This document shows, one piece after another, positions 17,518 through 27,868 of a DNA stretch of 64,000 nt. The stretch's first letter is position 1. Every line of letters begins with the position of its first letter. The translations under genes were made by a program, and so were the position numbers. Under the pieces are notes generated by a model. That model was given only the letters and a program-made list of their open reading frames with translations, did no database searches and had not been told where the DNA came from. The stretch is taken from positions 128,001 through 192,000 of the forward strand of contig JBFMAF010000036.1 of assembly GCA_040755995.1 (NCBI GenBank). Direction: 5' to 3'. The DNA comes from Acidobacteriota bacterium. Its GTDB lineage: Bacteria; Acidobacteriota; CAIWXX01.

Positions 17518-18768
17518 ATGAAGGGAGGCGGCATGGAGCGGAACGGAAGATCCTGGTATCGGCGCGAGTTCCTGAAGAGCAACTTCTTGGGGGCGATCTC
17601 ACTCGGCCTGCTCGGCTCTACGGCACTCGGCGAGGAGACGTCGGCTGCCAAAGCGCCGCCGGGCCCGGTGATCCACCGCACCCTGGGCCGGACCGGCATC
17701 AAGCTGCCGGTCGTGAGCATGGGCGTGATGAATGCCAGCGGGAACGCCGCCCTGGTCAAGGCAGCGTTTGAGAAGGGCATCCGGCACTTCGATACCGCTG
17801 CGTCTTACGGACGCGGAAGAAACGAGATCATGCTCGGCGCGGTGTTCAAAGAGCTGCAGGCGCGCGACGAGGTCTGCATCGCGACGAAGATGCCCGGTAT
17901 CCCGCGATCAGTGATCGCGCAGATGGACGTCGAGCGCGTATGCGACTACTGCCTGGATCAGATCGCCGGGTGCCTCCAACGTCTGCAGACCGACCACGTG
18001 GAGATGATCTACATCCACGATGTGTCGGACCCCGCCTATCTAGTGGATCCCGGCTCCCGCAAGGCGCTGGAGATCGCGAAGCGAGAGAAGAAGGCCCGCT
18101 GGGTCGGCTTCTCGACTCACTCGAAGATGATCGATTGCCTCAACGCGGCATCGCGCGACGGCTTCTTCGACGTCGTGCTGTCTTCGTTCAACTACTCGAT
18201 GTCGGAAAACACGGCGTATATGAAGGCGCTTGAGACCGCGGCCGCCAAGGGAATCGGGCTCATCGCGATGAAGACGCAGTGCAAGCAGCCATGGTACCGC
18301 GAGCCCGAGTACGAGTCGGGCGACCAGTTCTACCAGGGTAACATCGTTCACACCGCGCTGCTGAAGTGGGTCTTGCGGCACGAGTTCATCACGACCGCCA
18401 TCCCGGGTTTCACTACGTTCCAGGAGCTGGATGAGGACTTCTCGGTTGCCGGCAACCTGGAGTACACCCCCAACGAAGAGAGATTCCTCAAGGACCGCAA
18501 TGTCAGAATCGCCATGAAGTCCGTCTGCCAGCAGTGCGGCCAATGCGTCGCCACCTGTTCCGGGCGTGCCGACATCCCGACCCTGATGCGCTCGCACATG
18601 TACGCGGCCTGCTACTCGAACTTCCAGCAGGCGCGAGCCACTCTCGACGAGATCCCTGCTGGACGCGGTCTATCGAGCTGCAGCTCCTGCGACACCTGCA
18701 CCGCGCGATGCGCCAACCGTGTCGACATCGCCCGGAGGCTGGACGAGCTCAAGGTGATCTTCGCGTGA
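17518..18768 (+). CDS. Tat-signal aldo/keto reductase with C-terminal Fe-S cysteine motifs
   Basis: RREFLK; RTLGRTG, FDTAASYG, IATK, GFSTH and IAMK; CQQCGQCVATC and CSSCDTCTARC. Confidence 0.9.
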   Translation: MKGGGMERNGRSWYRREFLKSNFLGAISLGLLGSTALGEETSAAKAPPGPVIHRTLGRTGIKLPVVSMGVMNASGNAALVKAAFEKGIRHFDTAASYGRGRNEIMLGAVFKELQARDEVCIATKMPGIPRSVIAQMDVERVCDYCLDQIAGCLQRLQTDHVEMIYIHDVSDPAYLVDPGSRKALEIAKREKKARWVGFSTHSKMIDCLNAASRDGFFDVVLSSFNYSMSENTAYMKALETAAAKGIGLIAMKTQCKQPWYREPEYESGDQFYQGNIVHTALLKWVLRHEFITTAIPGFTTFQELDEDFSVAGNLEYTPNEERFLKDRNVRIAMKSVCQQCGQCVATCSGRADIPTLMRSHMYAACYSNFQQARATLDEIPAGRGLSSCSSCDTCTARCANRVDIARRLDELKVIFA

Positions 18769-18772
18769 ACAC

Positions 18773-19744
18773 ATGAGGAGAATCGTCATGGGCGGAACAC
18801 AAGACCGGTACCTGGCCACATCACTCCTCGCGGGAGTTCTTTTCCTCGATCTGCCCGGGGTCGAGCTTCGACTAGACATCGCCCCCTGCGCCGCGGAAGG
18901 TTCTGGATCCGTGCGTGCTGACCCGGCGCCTGTGCAACCGGCCTCCCCGGCAGTGGGAACGGCCCGAGAGAAGGCCGTGAGGATCTACCGGAACGAACAG
19001 GGGATGTGGGAAGCCGAGTACCCGCTGGGCATCATCATGGTCTACGTCCCCGCAGGGGAGCTTCTGATGGGATCACCCGAGGGGGAGATCGGTCGCAACG
19101 AGGACGAGGGCCCTCAGCACCTGGTGAAGATATCGCACGGATTCTGGATTGGCAAATACGAGGCCACGCAGTCCCTCATGAAGGCGCTCTTCGGCAGGAC
19201 CTTCGCTTACTATCAGGGTTCGGATGACTGCCCGCTGGAATGGGTCAGCCTGGACGACATACAGGAGCTGCTCAAGGCGCTGAATGAGAAGACGGGCCTG
19301 GCCTTCCGCCTCCCGTCCGAGGCCGAGTGGGAATACGCTTGCCGCGCGGGGACCACGTCTCCGTTCGCGTTCGGAGACAGTCTGAGCTCCGCCCAGGCCA
19401 CATTCGACGGAAGCAGTCCGTACGGCAGCGGCGCCAAGGGGACGAGCCAAACGAAACCGGGCCCCGTGGGAAGCTTTTCGCCGAACGCATGGGGCCTTCA
19501 CGACATGCACGGCAACGTGTGGGAATGGTGCGAGGACGTTTACAAGGCAGACATATACCGGCATCCGGAGCTCTACACGAATAACGCCGCCGGGAACCCG
19601 GTGTATGCGGGAGAGGGCAACGAGCATGTTCTCCGAGGCGGCGGCTGCCTAGGCAAAGGCGCGACTCTTCGCTCCGCGGCCCGCGGCCATCAAGAGTGGG
19701 GCTTCATCTACTCAGGATTTCGCCTCTGCATGGACAACAGGTAG
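18773..19744 (+). CDS. formylglycine-generating enzyme (SUMF1/FGE-sulfatase) domain protein
   Basis: Motifs FRLPSEAEWEYACRAG, PNAWGLHDMHGNVWEWC and GFRL. Confidence 0.9.
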   Translation: MRRIVMGGTQDRYLATSLLAGVLFLDLPGVELRLDIAPCAAEGSGSVRADPAPVQPASPAVGTAREKAVRIYRNEQGMWEAEYPLGIIMVYVPAGELLMGSPEGEIGRNEDEGPQHLVKISHGFWIGKYEATQSLMKALFGRTFAYYQGSDDCPLEWVSLDDIQELLKALNEKTGLAFRLPSEAEWEYACRAGTTSPFAFGDSLSSAQATFDGSSPYGSGAKGTSQTKPGPVGSFSPNAWGLHDMHGNVWEWCEDVYKADIYRHPELYTNNAAGNPVYAGEGNEHVLRGGGCLGKGATLRSAARGHQEWGFIYSGFRLCMDNR

Positions 19745-19865
19745 CGAGCCTGATCCATCCGTGAGGTCGTCCTTCCCGCTCGATCTTCGCCTCCACGCGC
19801 CTCCACCCGCCCTCGAGACGCGGCCTCGGCGGCCGTCAGCTCGAAGTGGTCTCCAGGCGGTGCCC

Positions 19866-20654
19866 TCACGACGCCACCGGGGCCATGATCTTGTGAGCGA
19901 CCCATGTCCCGAGTGACCGCGGGACCAGCCGCCACGAGAAGACCAACAGCCGATTGGCGATCCCAGGCACCGTGAGTGCGCGGCGCTGCTTCATTGCCCG
20001 GTAGCCGGCCTCCGCCACCTCTCTTGCACTCATCATGGGCGTCTGCGTCATTCGGATTTTCTCCACCTTCGCCCGCGCCTGGAAACCGGTCTCGGTCACG
20101 CCGGGACAAAGCGCCGTCACGCTCACTCCTGTACCTCGGAGCTCCTCGGCGAGCGCCTCCGAGAACGACAGCACGTAGGCCTTGGTGGCGCAGTAGACCG
20201 CCATCAGGGGGCAGGGCCCGAAGGAGCCGGTGGAGCCCACGTTCAAGACGCTACCGGTCCCGCGGGCGATCATCTGCGGCAGGATGAGCCGTGTCAGGTA
20301 CGTCAGGCTCGTCATGTTGACATGCAGCATGCCGAGCAGCTGATCGACGTCTGCCTCCGCGAAGACACCGTGCATCCCGAACCCCGCGTTGTTCACCAGC
20401 ACGTCCACCTCGATCGAGCGTGCGTCGAGAGCAGCGGCCAGCTCTCTCGCGGAAACCGGATCGCTCAGATCTGCGGCCATGACAGCCACCTCCACGCCGT
20501 GCCTCCCGCGCAGATCCTGCGCGATCTCATCGAGTCTCGCCTTGTTCCGGGCGACCAGCACAAGATTGTGCCCATCGGCTGCGAGCAGGCGGCTCAGTTC
20601 GAGCCCGATGCCGCTTGACGCGCCTGTTACCAGAGCTGTCTTCTTCATCATCAT
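19866..20654 (-). CDS. short-chain dehydrogenase/reductase (DltE-like)
   Basis: Motifs TGASSGIG, LVNNAG and YCATK. Confidence 0.9.
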   Translation of the reverse strand: MMMKKTALVTGASSGIGLELSRLLAADGHNLVLVARNKARLDEIAQDLRGRHGVEVAVMAADLSDPVSARELAAALDARSIEVDVLVNNAGFGMHGVFAEADVDQLLGMLHVNMTSLTYLTRLILPQMIARGTGSVLNVGSTGSFGPCPLMAVYCATKAYVLSFSEALAEELRGTGVSVTALCPGVTETGFQARAKVEKIRMTQTPMMSAREVAEAGYRAMKQRRALTVPGIANRLLVFSWRLVPRSLGTWVAHKIMAPVAS

Positions 20655-21328
20655 CGTGTCCTCCGATTCGCTTTCCACCAAAGCCCTTGGAGAAGGGCGG
20701 TGAGAGTCTGTCTGAACGTGTCGTGAAACTGGAGCCTGAAGCATTCCATCCCCGGCATGCCGAGGATACGCTTGATCACTGGAGCCGGCTCCGCCACATT
20801 CTGGATGCCGACGACGAGCGTATATATCCAGAGCAGGAGCCGCTGTCCCTCTTTCGGCTTCGGGTGAGGCAGGCACCTCTCCAGCAGCCCGCCCGTGCGG
20901 ACCAGCCGCACCCGCAAGGCCTGCTTGAAACCCAGCGCCGTGGCGCCGTCGATGTTCCTCTCCAGTATCGCATGCCCGATCGCGATCAGGCGGGCGAGAA
21001 GCGGGTGGTGATCGACGGTACGCGTGAACAGTCCCGCCAGTTGCCTCGGCGTCGACGCGCGCGATGCGCGCGCCAGCCTTCCGAGTCCCGCATCCAGCTC
21101 ATCGAACCACCTGTCAAACTGGTCCGCGAGCAGCGCAAGAAAGAGCGCCTCCTTGCTGCCGAAGTAGAGGTACGGCGTACCCTTGGCGAGTCCCGCCCGC
21201 CGCGCGACCTCGGCCATCGATATCTCCTCGAACTCATGGCCGCGAAACAGCCCCAGCGCGACGTCCAGGATCGCCCGCCGGCGCTCCCGCTTCTGTGCGT
21301 CCCCGGCCGCCCTGTGTGTGATCACCAT
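20651..21328 (-). CDS. TetR family transcriptional regulator
   Basis: HTH ISMAEVARRAGLAKGTPYLYFGSKEALF; overlaps the SDR start. Confidence 0.9.
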   Translation of the reverse strand: MVITHRAAGDAQKRERRRAILDVALGLFRGHEFEEISMAEVARRAGLAKGTPYLYFGSKEALFLALLADQFDRWFDELDAGLGRLARASRASTPRQLAGLFTRTVDHHPLLARLIAIGHAILERNIDGATALGFKQALRVRLVRTGGLLERCLPHPKPKEGQRLLLWIYTLVVGIQNVAEPAPVIKRILGMPGMECFRLQFHDTFRQTLTALLQGLWWKANRRTR

Positions 21329-21342
21329 TGCGTCTCCGATTC

Positions 21343-21386
21343 ACTGACCCGAGGTCAATTATTACTGACCGCGGGTCAGTTGTCAA
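21343..21386 (-). promoter_or_regulatory. TetR promoter with two tandem palindromic operators
   Basis: ACTGACC-cga-GGTCAAT (21343-21359) and ACTGACC-gcg-GGTCAGT (21364-21380). Minus-strand TTGACA (21386-21381) and TAATAAT -10 region. Confidence 0.75.
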
Positions 21387-21665
21387 GTGGGACACGTGGC
21401 GGCGACGAGATTGCGCACAGCCAGGACGATGGAGCGAAGGAAGCGCTCAGCGCCAGCGGCAGCGAGGACGCCGGGCTTCTGGAGCGCCGCGCGCCTCTTG
21501 CTACGCTCAGGCGCCCGCTCCGGCGGCTTCCCATCGCAGACGCCCAACTGCAGTGCCCGGATGATTTCGGGATTCGTGATTTCGCCGGATCGCAGATACT
21601 CGTGCGCAGGCAGGGAAGGGGCACCATCCCGGTGGACAACTGCTCAGTCGGCTTACCCTCCGCCC

Positions 21666-21720
21666 AGGGGGGTCAATTCCAGATGCGCGAAAGGGGGTCA
21701 GTTTATAGTGATTGGCGACA
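21666..21720 (-). mobile_element. solitary IS21-family terminal inverted repeat (remnant)
   Basis: Minus strand reads TGTCGCCAATCACTATAAACTGACCCCCTTTCGCGCATCTGGAATTGACCCCCC: a TG terminus with tandem AA(C/T)TGACCCC boxes. No istA/istB in the window. Confidence 0.65.
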
Positions 21721-21869
21721 CTGTACGCGACCAGGGAGTTCCGTACCATGCTGGCCGAGGGGATGCACCCCCGCTTGCCCATGGACGCCAACATCGTGGA
21801 GCGGCACGCCACGGCACGTCACCCACGGTCTGGGGAGCCCTGGCCACGCGAGCAGTTCCTGCAGTGCCC

Positions 21870-22249
21870 GCCAGTTCCCGCGGATGGCGTCTGCGTAGCG
21901 ATCGGCTCGCTCCGCCCGCAGCCCTGCCTTGTACGCTCGATTCGCTGCGCAGGAGCAGAGGAGGAGAGCAATCGTCAGGAGGCCTGCGGCCCCGGATGCG
22001 AAGCGCAAAGCAAGGCCGCGCCTGCGCGTGTAGTGGTTGTTCATCTCACTTCTTGCCCAGCGACAGTATTGCCGTGTTGTGATGCAGGGCGTCCTCGAGC
22101 CAGACCGACTCGGATTCGACCTGCCTGATCGTGTACTTCTCTTCGAGAATCGGGCCCTGCCTAAGCGCAAGCACATCGTTCTTGAGACCGAATAGCGCGA
22201 TCATTCCACGCAATAGCCGGAACGGCTCGTCCGCGAACACGTTAGTCAC
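21870..22249 (-). pseudogene. remnants resembling a T2SS/type IV pilus operon: C-terminal fragment plus 5' end of a TPR-lipoprotein/secretin-like gene
   Basis: ...VLALRQGPILEEKYTIRQVESESVWLED stops at 22046. MNNHY..LLLCSCAANRAYKAGLRAERADRYADAI starts at 22044, then degenerates. Confidence 0.4.
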
Positions 22250-22495
22250 AGCACCCCCACCTATGCTGGAACCCGACCGCCATGGAATATGTGGTGGCGA
22301 AGGCGGCTGTCAACAATCGTTTTTTCTTTCCTCCGGACATGCGCCCAATGACATACGCGCAGTTCGGAGGCGAGAACGCTATGGTGCGCGTCTTCGGCTG
22401 TGCTGAGCTGACAAAGGGCAGCGTCTCACGGACCCACGGCAGTTGTGCCGACGGCCCTGTTGTCGAATGGTGACGCGCTGTATAGAATCGTGACC

Positions 22496-23110
22496 ATGTT
22501 GTTCGTAACAGGGCTTCTGATTGCGGCAGCAGTGGCGGCGCCTTTCGCGGCCAGGATTGATTCCTACTACGCCGGGGTGAACGTGCTGCAAGCCGACTTC
22601 GAGCAGTTGACCAGGTCTGCGGCCACGCGGGTGACGAAGAGCGAACGCGGCGTGTTCATGATGAGCAGGCAGGATGATCTCTTGCGATTCGAATACAGAG
22701 AGCCCGAACGCAAGATCTTCCTGTACCGATCGGGAGCGGTCGATTTCTATGTGCCGGAGGACCGCCAGCTCATCCGGTATCGGCTCGAAGAGGGGGCGGA
22801 CATTCTGCCGTTTCTTTTCCTGCTGGGGCGCAGGCGCCTGGCCGATTGCATCAGCCTGCCGCTGGTCGACGAGAAGCCCGCCGGGCCGGGCGTGGTGCTC
22901 CTGCGTCTCCAACCCGTCCGCGGCGGCGACGAGGAGTTCTACGTGGAGGCCGACACGGGGACGGGATCGGTCACGCGAATCATCTTCCTGGACGAGCTGA
23001 GGAACCGGGTCGAGATCCGGCTGTCGCACCAGAAGAGGGCGGTGGGGCTGCCGCCCGGAGCCGCCAGGATTGAGACGCCGGCCGGGGTTGAGATCATCGA
23101 GCGCGACTGA
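22496..23110 (+). CDS. lolA: LolA-like outer-membrane lipoprotein carrier
   Basis: Signal peptide; LQADFEQ..G...M.R...RFEY.EP, and I...DEL.N...I.L. Confidence 0.75.
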   Translation: MLFVTGLLIAAAVAAPFAARIDSYYAGVNVLQADFEQLTRSAATRVTKSERGVFMMSRQDDLLRFEYREPERKIFLYRSGAVDFYVPEDRQLIRYRLEEGADILPFLFLLGRRRLADCISLPLVDEKPAGPGVVLLRLQPVRGGDEEFYVEADTGTGSVTRIIFLDELRNRVEIRLSHQKRAVGLPPGAARIETPAGVEIIERD

Positions 23111-23137
23111 AACCTTTGTCTGGTCAGGCCGTAGATA

Positions 23138-23719
23138 GTGGTGACTGAGAGCAGGGGCGCTAACGAGAGCGACCAGGATCTGGTGGTGCGCGTACTCAGG
23201 GGCAGGAAGGATGCGTTTGGAGTGATCGTGCAGAGATATCAGAGGGCGATAGTCAACTTCACGTGCAGGATGGTGCACGACTATGAGACGGCCCTGGATC
23301 TGTCGCAGGAGATCTTCACCAAGGCCTACAACTCGCTCGATACCTACAAGCCGGGGTACAAGTTCAGCACGTGGCTCTACCGGATCGCCACTAATCACGT
23401 GATCGACTTTCTCAGGAAGAAGGAGCCGCAATGGATCTCGATCGACCAGCCGGGAGACGAGGGGGATCGCCCAATGGAGATCCCGGTGGAGAGGTCGCAC
23501 GGGATCGAGCAGATGGCGTTCGAGGAGAAGCGGGAGAAGATCGAGGCGGCGATACAGAAGCTGCCGCCGAGCTATCGAAGGCTGATCGTTCTGCGGCACG
23601 TGAACGAGTGCAGCTACGATGAGATCGCCCGGATCTGCTCGCTGCCGCTCGGGACCGTCAAGAACCGCATCTTCCGGGCCCGGGAGATGCTGCGCGCGGC
23701 GTTGGAGGGATACCTATGA
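23138..23719 (+). CDS. ECF RNA polymerase sigma factor (SigW/RpoE-like)
   Basis: Motifs DLSQEIF.KAY, FSTWLYRIATN and SYDEIA..LPLGTVKNRIFRAR. Confidence 0.95.
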   Translation: MVTESRGANESDQDLVVRVLRGRKDAFGVIVQRYQRAIVNFTCRMVHDYETALDLSQEIFTKAYNSLDTYKPGYKFSTWLYRIATNHVIDFLRKKEPQWISIDQPGDEGDRPMEIPVERSHGIEQMAFEEKREKIEAAIQKLPPSYRRLIVLRHVNECSYDEIARICSLPLGTVKNRIFRAREMLRAALEGYL

Positions 23720-24276
23720 AGGATCATCCGGATCGGGTCGAGCTATCCGCGTACATGGACTCGGAGCTGCCTGCATCCGAGATCGGCCGTATCGGGCGCC
23801 ATCTGGGTGACTGTGGGGCCTGCGCTGGATGGGTGGGGCTGCATCGCTCGATTGCGTCAGGCCTGCGGCAGGACGTCGAGGCGCCGGCGGATTTCGGGGA
23901 TCTTGTGATGAGACGGCTTGTGCCGTATGGGCACGATTGGAGGCTCACTATCGCCGCGTCCGTCGTCTTCATGCTGTTCACGCTGTCGACCGGTGCAGCG
24001 CTGATCGGGTGGGGATTGCTCAGCGATGCGCGCGCAACCGCCCAGCTTGGCGCCACAGCCGCCGCCGCAATCGATCGCGCGCTGTCGTTCACGAGATCCG
24101 TTGCGATGCTCGCGGAGATGATGTTCGATCTGGCGCGGGTGCTGATCTCGTCTCTCACGCTCGTCCTCCGGTCTCTAGGACCGGTGCTGCCGCTGGCTCT
24201 GCTGGCCGCTGTCACAATCTTGACGTACTTGCTCGGGCGAAGTATCGCCGCCTACCGGAGGAGTCGTTTTGCCTGA
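23716..24276 (+). CDS. zinc-binding anti-sigma factor (zf-HC2) with TM helices
   Basis: LSAYMDSEL..HLGDCGAC; overlaps the sigma stop codon. Confidence 0.85.
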   Translation: MKDHPDRVELSAYMDSELPASEIGRIGRHLGDCGACAGWVGLHRSIASGLRQDVEAPADFGDLVMRRLVPYGHDWRLTIAASVVFMLFTLSTGAALIGWGLLSDARATAQLGATAAAAIDRALSFTRSVAMLAEMMFDLARVLISSLTLVLRSLGPVLPLALLAAVTILTYLLGRSIAAYRRSRFA

Positions 24277-25318
24277 TCGGCCGCCGGTTCTGACGCGGGT
24301 CGTTGCGAGACTGCGCGTGGAGACGCGAGATTGCGGCTTGTGGCTCGGAACGCACTGGGGCAGACGCCTCTGCTCCGGAGCGCTGCTGTGGGGCCTTGTC
24401 CTCATAGCCGCCGGAGCATGCGCGGACAGGTCGCGCGCCGCCTCGGCCGGCTCTGAGGGCCCCGCTCAGAGTCCGGGCAGTCGCGACATCCACATCGCCG
24501 TTGGAGAAGAGGCCCGGGAGGACCAGGTCTGCATCAAGGGCCGCATAATCATCGACGGGACCGCCCGCAGAAACGTGCTCGCGATAGGGGGCGAGGTGGG
24601 TCTGTACGGCGTAGTCAAAGGAGACGTCATTTCGGTGGGGGCTTCCGTCAGGATGGGACCCAAGGCTGTCATCGAAGGCGACCTTGTGTGCTTCGGTTCG
24701 TCTCTCGATCGGGCCGAGGGCTCCCAGGTGCTAGGCGAGACCATCTACGTCAACACGCCTCGCGAGCTCATCGATCCGCTTCTGAGCCGGCTGGAGTGGA
24801 ACCCGCTCGCGTACCGGTGGAGCCCGCTGCTGGTCGGCGCGAAGGTGGTCATGCTCTGCACGTGGTTCCTCATGGGGGCTCTCGTCATAGTCGCCTTTCC
24901 CGTACAGGTGAAATTCACTGCCGACGAGATACCGGTCCACTTCGTCCGATTCGGAATAATCGGCCTGCTCTGGGTCGCCACGCTCCTCCTGACGGCGCTG
25001 TTCCTGGCCTTCCTGGCGTTGCTGCTCGTCGGCATACCGCTTCTTCTGCTGCTCATCGTATTCGCGATCGTGATCAAGATCTTCGGGAACATCTGCATCT
25101 ACTACTCGGTCGGATCTCGATTGGCGCGCGCGCTGGGATGGCACCGGGCTCACGAGGTCCTGCACATGCTCCTGGGGCTGGCGCTCCTCGGATTCATTCA
25201 ATTCGTCCCGATCGTCGGATGGATGGTGTGGAGCCTACTGGGCATTATCGGGATGGGCGCCGCCCTGGCAACCAAGTTCGGCACAGGACAGCCGTGGCTG
25301 AGCAGGAAGAAAACCTGA
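24269..25318 (+). CDS. membrane protein with bactofilin-like beta-helix domain
   Basis: G.V.GDV.S.G-type repeats followed by several TM helices; third gene of the ECF operon. Start uncertain. Confidence 0.7.
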   Translation: MPDRPPVLTRVVARLRVETRDCGLWLGTHWGRRLCSGALLWGLVLIAAGACADRSRAASAGSEGPAQSPGSRDIHIAVGEEAREDQVCIKGRIIIDGTARRNVLAIGGEVGLYGVVKGDVISVGASVRMGPKAVIEGDLVCFGSSLDRAEGSQVLGETIYVNTPRELIDPLLSRLEWNPLAYRWSPLLVGAKVVMLCTWFLMGALVIVAFPVQVKFTADEIPVHFVRFGIIGLLWVATLLLTALFLAFLALLLVGIPLLLLLIVFAIVIKIFGNICIYYSVGSRLARALGWHRAHEVLHMLLGLALLGFIQFVPIVGWMVWSLLGIIGMGAALATKFGTGQPWLSRKKT

Positions 25319-25372
25319 CGCCATCGGCACCAGCCCGCAGAACTCGGCAGTCTCGATTGGGTGCCGAAGCCC

Positions 25373-25555
25373 TCACTTCGCGTTGTATATCTTCACGATG
25401 CACTGAACCGGACAGACGGCTTCGCACGCGGCGCAATCAGTGCATGCGGAGTTGATCGTGTAGATGTTGCCCCGCTCTTCGATCGCCTCGTCTTCGCACA
25501 CCGTCAGGCATTCAGCGCACCCGATGCATTCAGAGGTTATGATGTAGGATCCCAT
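25373..25555 (-). CDS. 2[4Fe-4S] ferredoxin
   Basis: CIGCAECLTVC and CTDCAACEAVCP. Confidence 0.9.
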   Translation of the reverse strand: MGSYIITSECIGCAECLTVCEDEAIEERGNIYTINSACTDCAACEAVCPVQCIVKIYNAK

Positions 25556-25672
25556 AGGCTCAGATTATCCAGACGTTTGGGGTACATTTCAAGGGGGTGA
25601 TCCCGAGGCGTCACAGTTGCTTTCGTGAAGGTGAACAGTTCCCGGGCATCATCATGCGACGGCGGCAGGCAC

Positions 25673-26233
25673 CTACACGGTGCGCAGCTCCTGTTCCTTC
25701 TTCTTCAACGCCTCCTCGATCTTGGCGATGCACTCGTCGGTCAGCTTCTGGATCTGTTCGAGCGTCCGCTTCTGGTCGTCCTGGCTGATCTTCTTGTCCT
25801 TCTCGAGCTTCTTGACCTCTTCGTTCGAGTCTCTCCGGATGTTCCGCAGCGCGTTGCGGCTGTCCTCGGCGAGCTTGTGAATATGCTTGATGAGCTTCTG
25901 CCGCCTTTCTTCGTTCAAGGGCGGAATCGGTATCTTGATGATCTTGCCGTCGTTGACCGGGTTGAGCTCGAGATCGCTCTTCCGGATGGCCTTCTCGATA
26001 GGCGCCAGCAGCGACTGGTCCCACGGCTGCGCCGTCAGCAGATTCGGTTCCGGCGCCTGCAGCGTCGCCACCTGGTTGAGGGGAGTCGATGTTCCGTAGT
26101 AGTCCACGTGGATCCCGTCCAGAATGCTGATGGTGGCTCGCCCGCTTCGCACCGTCGTGAGCTCACGCTTGAACGCGTCCACCGACTGTTCCATCCTGGA
26201 TCTGGCCTTCGTGAGGGTCTGCTTCAGTTCCAT
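25673..26233 (-). CDS. frr: ribosome recycling factor
   Basis: VRSGRA, YYG..PLNQVA, IPPLNEERR and RNIRRD. Confidence 0.98.
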   Translation of the reverse strand: MELKQTLTKARSRMEQSVDAFKRELTTVRSGRATISILDGIHVDYYGTSTPLNQVATLQAPEPNLLTAQPWDQSLLAPIEKAIRKSDLELNPVNDGKIIKIPIPPLNEERRQKLIKHIHKLAEDSRNALRNIRRDSNEEVKKLEKDKKISQDDQKRTLEQIQKLTDECIAKIEEALKKKEQELRTV

Positions 26234-26338
26234 GAAACCTCCTCAATATCTGGGCGCGCATTCTATCACGGTCGTTCGCGCATGTCAGCCCGGCGGCCCC
26301 GCGGGCTCAACGGACCGAGGCGGAATCGGCCCGCCTGT

Positions 26339-27046
26339 TCAGACGACCTCTGACCCGATGCGCTCGCCCCGGACGATCCGTAAGATATTCCCGCGCTCGC
26401 GCAGGTCGAAGACTCGAATGGGCAGCTGATTGTCCATGCACAACGAAATCGCAGTCGCGTCCATGACCTTCAGGCCCTTCTTGAGCACGTCGATGTAACT
26501 GATGGAGTCGATCTTCACGGCGTTCTTGTCGATGTTGGGGTCGGCGGAATAGATGCCGTCCACGCGGGTTGCTTTGAGAATCGCCTCCGCCTTGATCTCC
26601 ATGGCGCGCAGCGCGGCGGCGGTGTCCGTGGTGAAGTACGGATTACCAGTGCCGGCGGCCAGGATGATGACGCGGCCCTTCTCGAGGTGCCGGATGGCGC
26701 GCCTCCGTATGTACGGTTCTGCCACCTCTCTCATCTCGATGGCCGACATGACGCGCGTGTACACGCGGAGCTTCTCGAGCGCATCCTGCAGGGCGATGCC
26801 GTTGATGACGGTCGCCAGCATGCCCATGTGATCGGCCGTTACACGTTCCATGCCCCTGGCCGACGCGGCGACACCGCGGAAGATGTTGCCGCCGCCGATG
26901 ACGATCGCCACTTCGACGCTCATGGCATGCACGTCGCGGATCTCCTCGGCGATCGACACGACCACGGCCGGATCGATGCCGGAGCCGGTCTCCCCCATGA
27001 GGGCCTCACCGGAGAGTTTCAGGAGGATGCGCTTGTAGGCGGGCAT
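26339..27046 (-). CDS. pyrH: UMP kinase
   Basis: [23 protein letters not shown] and [13 protein letters not shown]. Confidence 0.98.
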   Translation of the reverse strand: MPAYKRILLKLSGEALMGETGSGIDPAVVVSIAEEIRDVHAMSVEVAIVIGGGNIFRGVAASARGMERVTADHMGMLATVINGIALQDALEKLRVYTRVMSAIEMREVAEPYIRRRAIRHLEKGRVIILAAGTGNPYFTTDTAAALRAMEIKAEAILKATRVDGIYSADPNIDKNAVKIDSISYIDVLKKGLKVMDATAISLCMDNQLPIRVFDLRERGNILRIVRGERIGSEVV

Positions 27047-27173
27047 GTTTTCCAACGAGTCGCGGCCTATTCCCGACATCGATCCTGCCTCCCGGAGAAG
27101 GCGCACTGCGACCGCGTGTCGATATGTCGCGAGCGTTTGGCGAGCATGTGGTGCTCCGGGGCACCGGTCCCGC

Positions 27174-27773
27174 TCAGAGGTCCTCGCCCATGCGGTAGCG
27201 GACGAAGCGCCTGACCATGACATTCTCTCCCGACTTGGCGATGAACGCCGCCAGGATGTCGCGCACTTTCACGCTCTGGTCCTTCACGAAGGGCTGTTCG
27301 AGCAGGCACACTTCTGAATAGTAGTTCTGGAGCTTGCCTTCGACGATCTTCTCGATCACCTGGGGCGGCTTGCCGGAGTCCTTGAGCTGGGCGGCCACGA
27401 TCTCACGCTCCTTGCCCAGTATTTCCGGCGTCACATCTTCCTTCGCCACATATTTCGGTTCGGCCGCGGCGATCTGCATCGCGAGGTCCTTGACCAGCGC
27501 GTGGAACTCGGCGTTTTTCGCCACGAAGTCGCTCTCGCAGTTGACTTCGATCAGCACGCCGATCTTCCCACCTGCGTGTATATAGGACGCGATCACGCCT
27601 TCCTTGGTGGCGCGACCGGACTTCTTCTCAGCGATCTTGAGGCCGCGCTTCCTCAGATACGTGATCGCCTCTTCAGTATTCCCCTTGGTTTCGATCAGGG
27701 CGTTCTTGCATTCCATCATGCCCAGACCCGTGCGCTCCCGAAGCTCCTTGACCATTGCCGCTGTGATTTCCAT
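27174..27773 (-). CDS. tsf: elongation factor Ts (short form)
   Basis: [17 protein letters not shown] and [10 protein letters not shown]. Confidence 0.98.
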   Translation of the reverse strand: MEITAAMVKELRERTGLGMMECKNALIETKGNTEEAITYLRKRGLKIAEKKSGRATKEGVIASYIHAGGKIGVLIEVNCESDFVAKNAEFHALVKDLAMQIAAAEPKYVAKEDVTPEILGKEREIVAAQLKDSGKPPQVIEKIVEGKLQNYYSEVCLLEQPFVKDQSVKVRDILAAFIAKSGENVMVRRFVRYRMGEDL

Positions 27774-27868
27774 ATCTCACCTCTGATCCAGGGGTTGCCC
27801 CTGTGTTCCAGTTCCCTCTCGACGCTCCGCGTTATGGGAGGTCGTCCCGGCCGCGCTACGAAGAGTCG

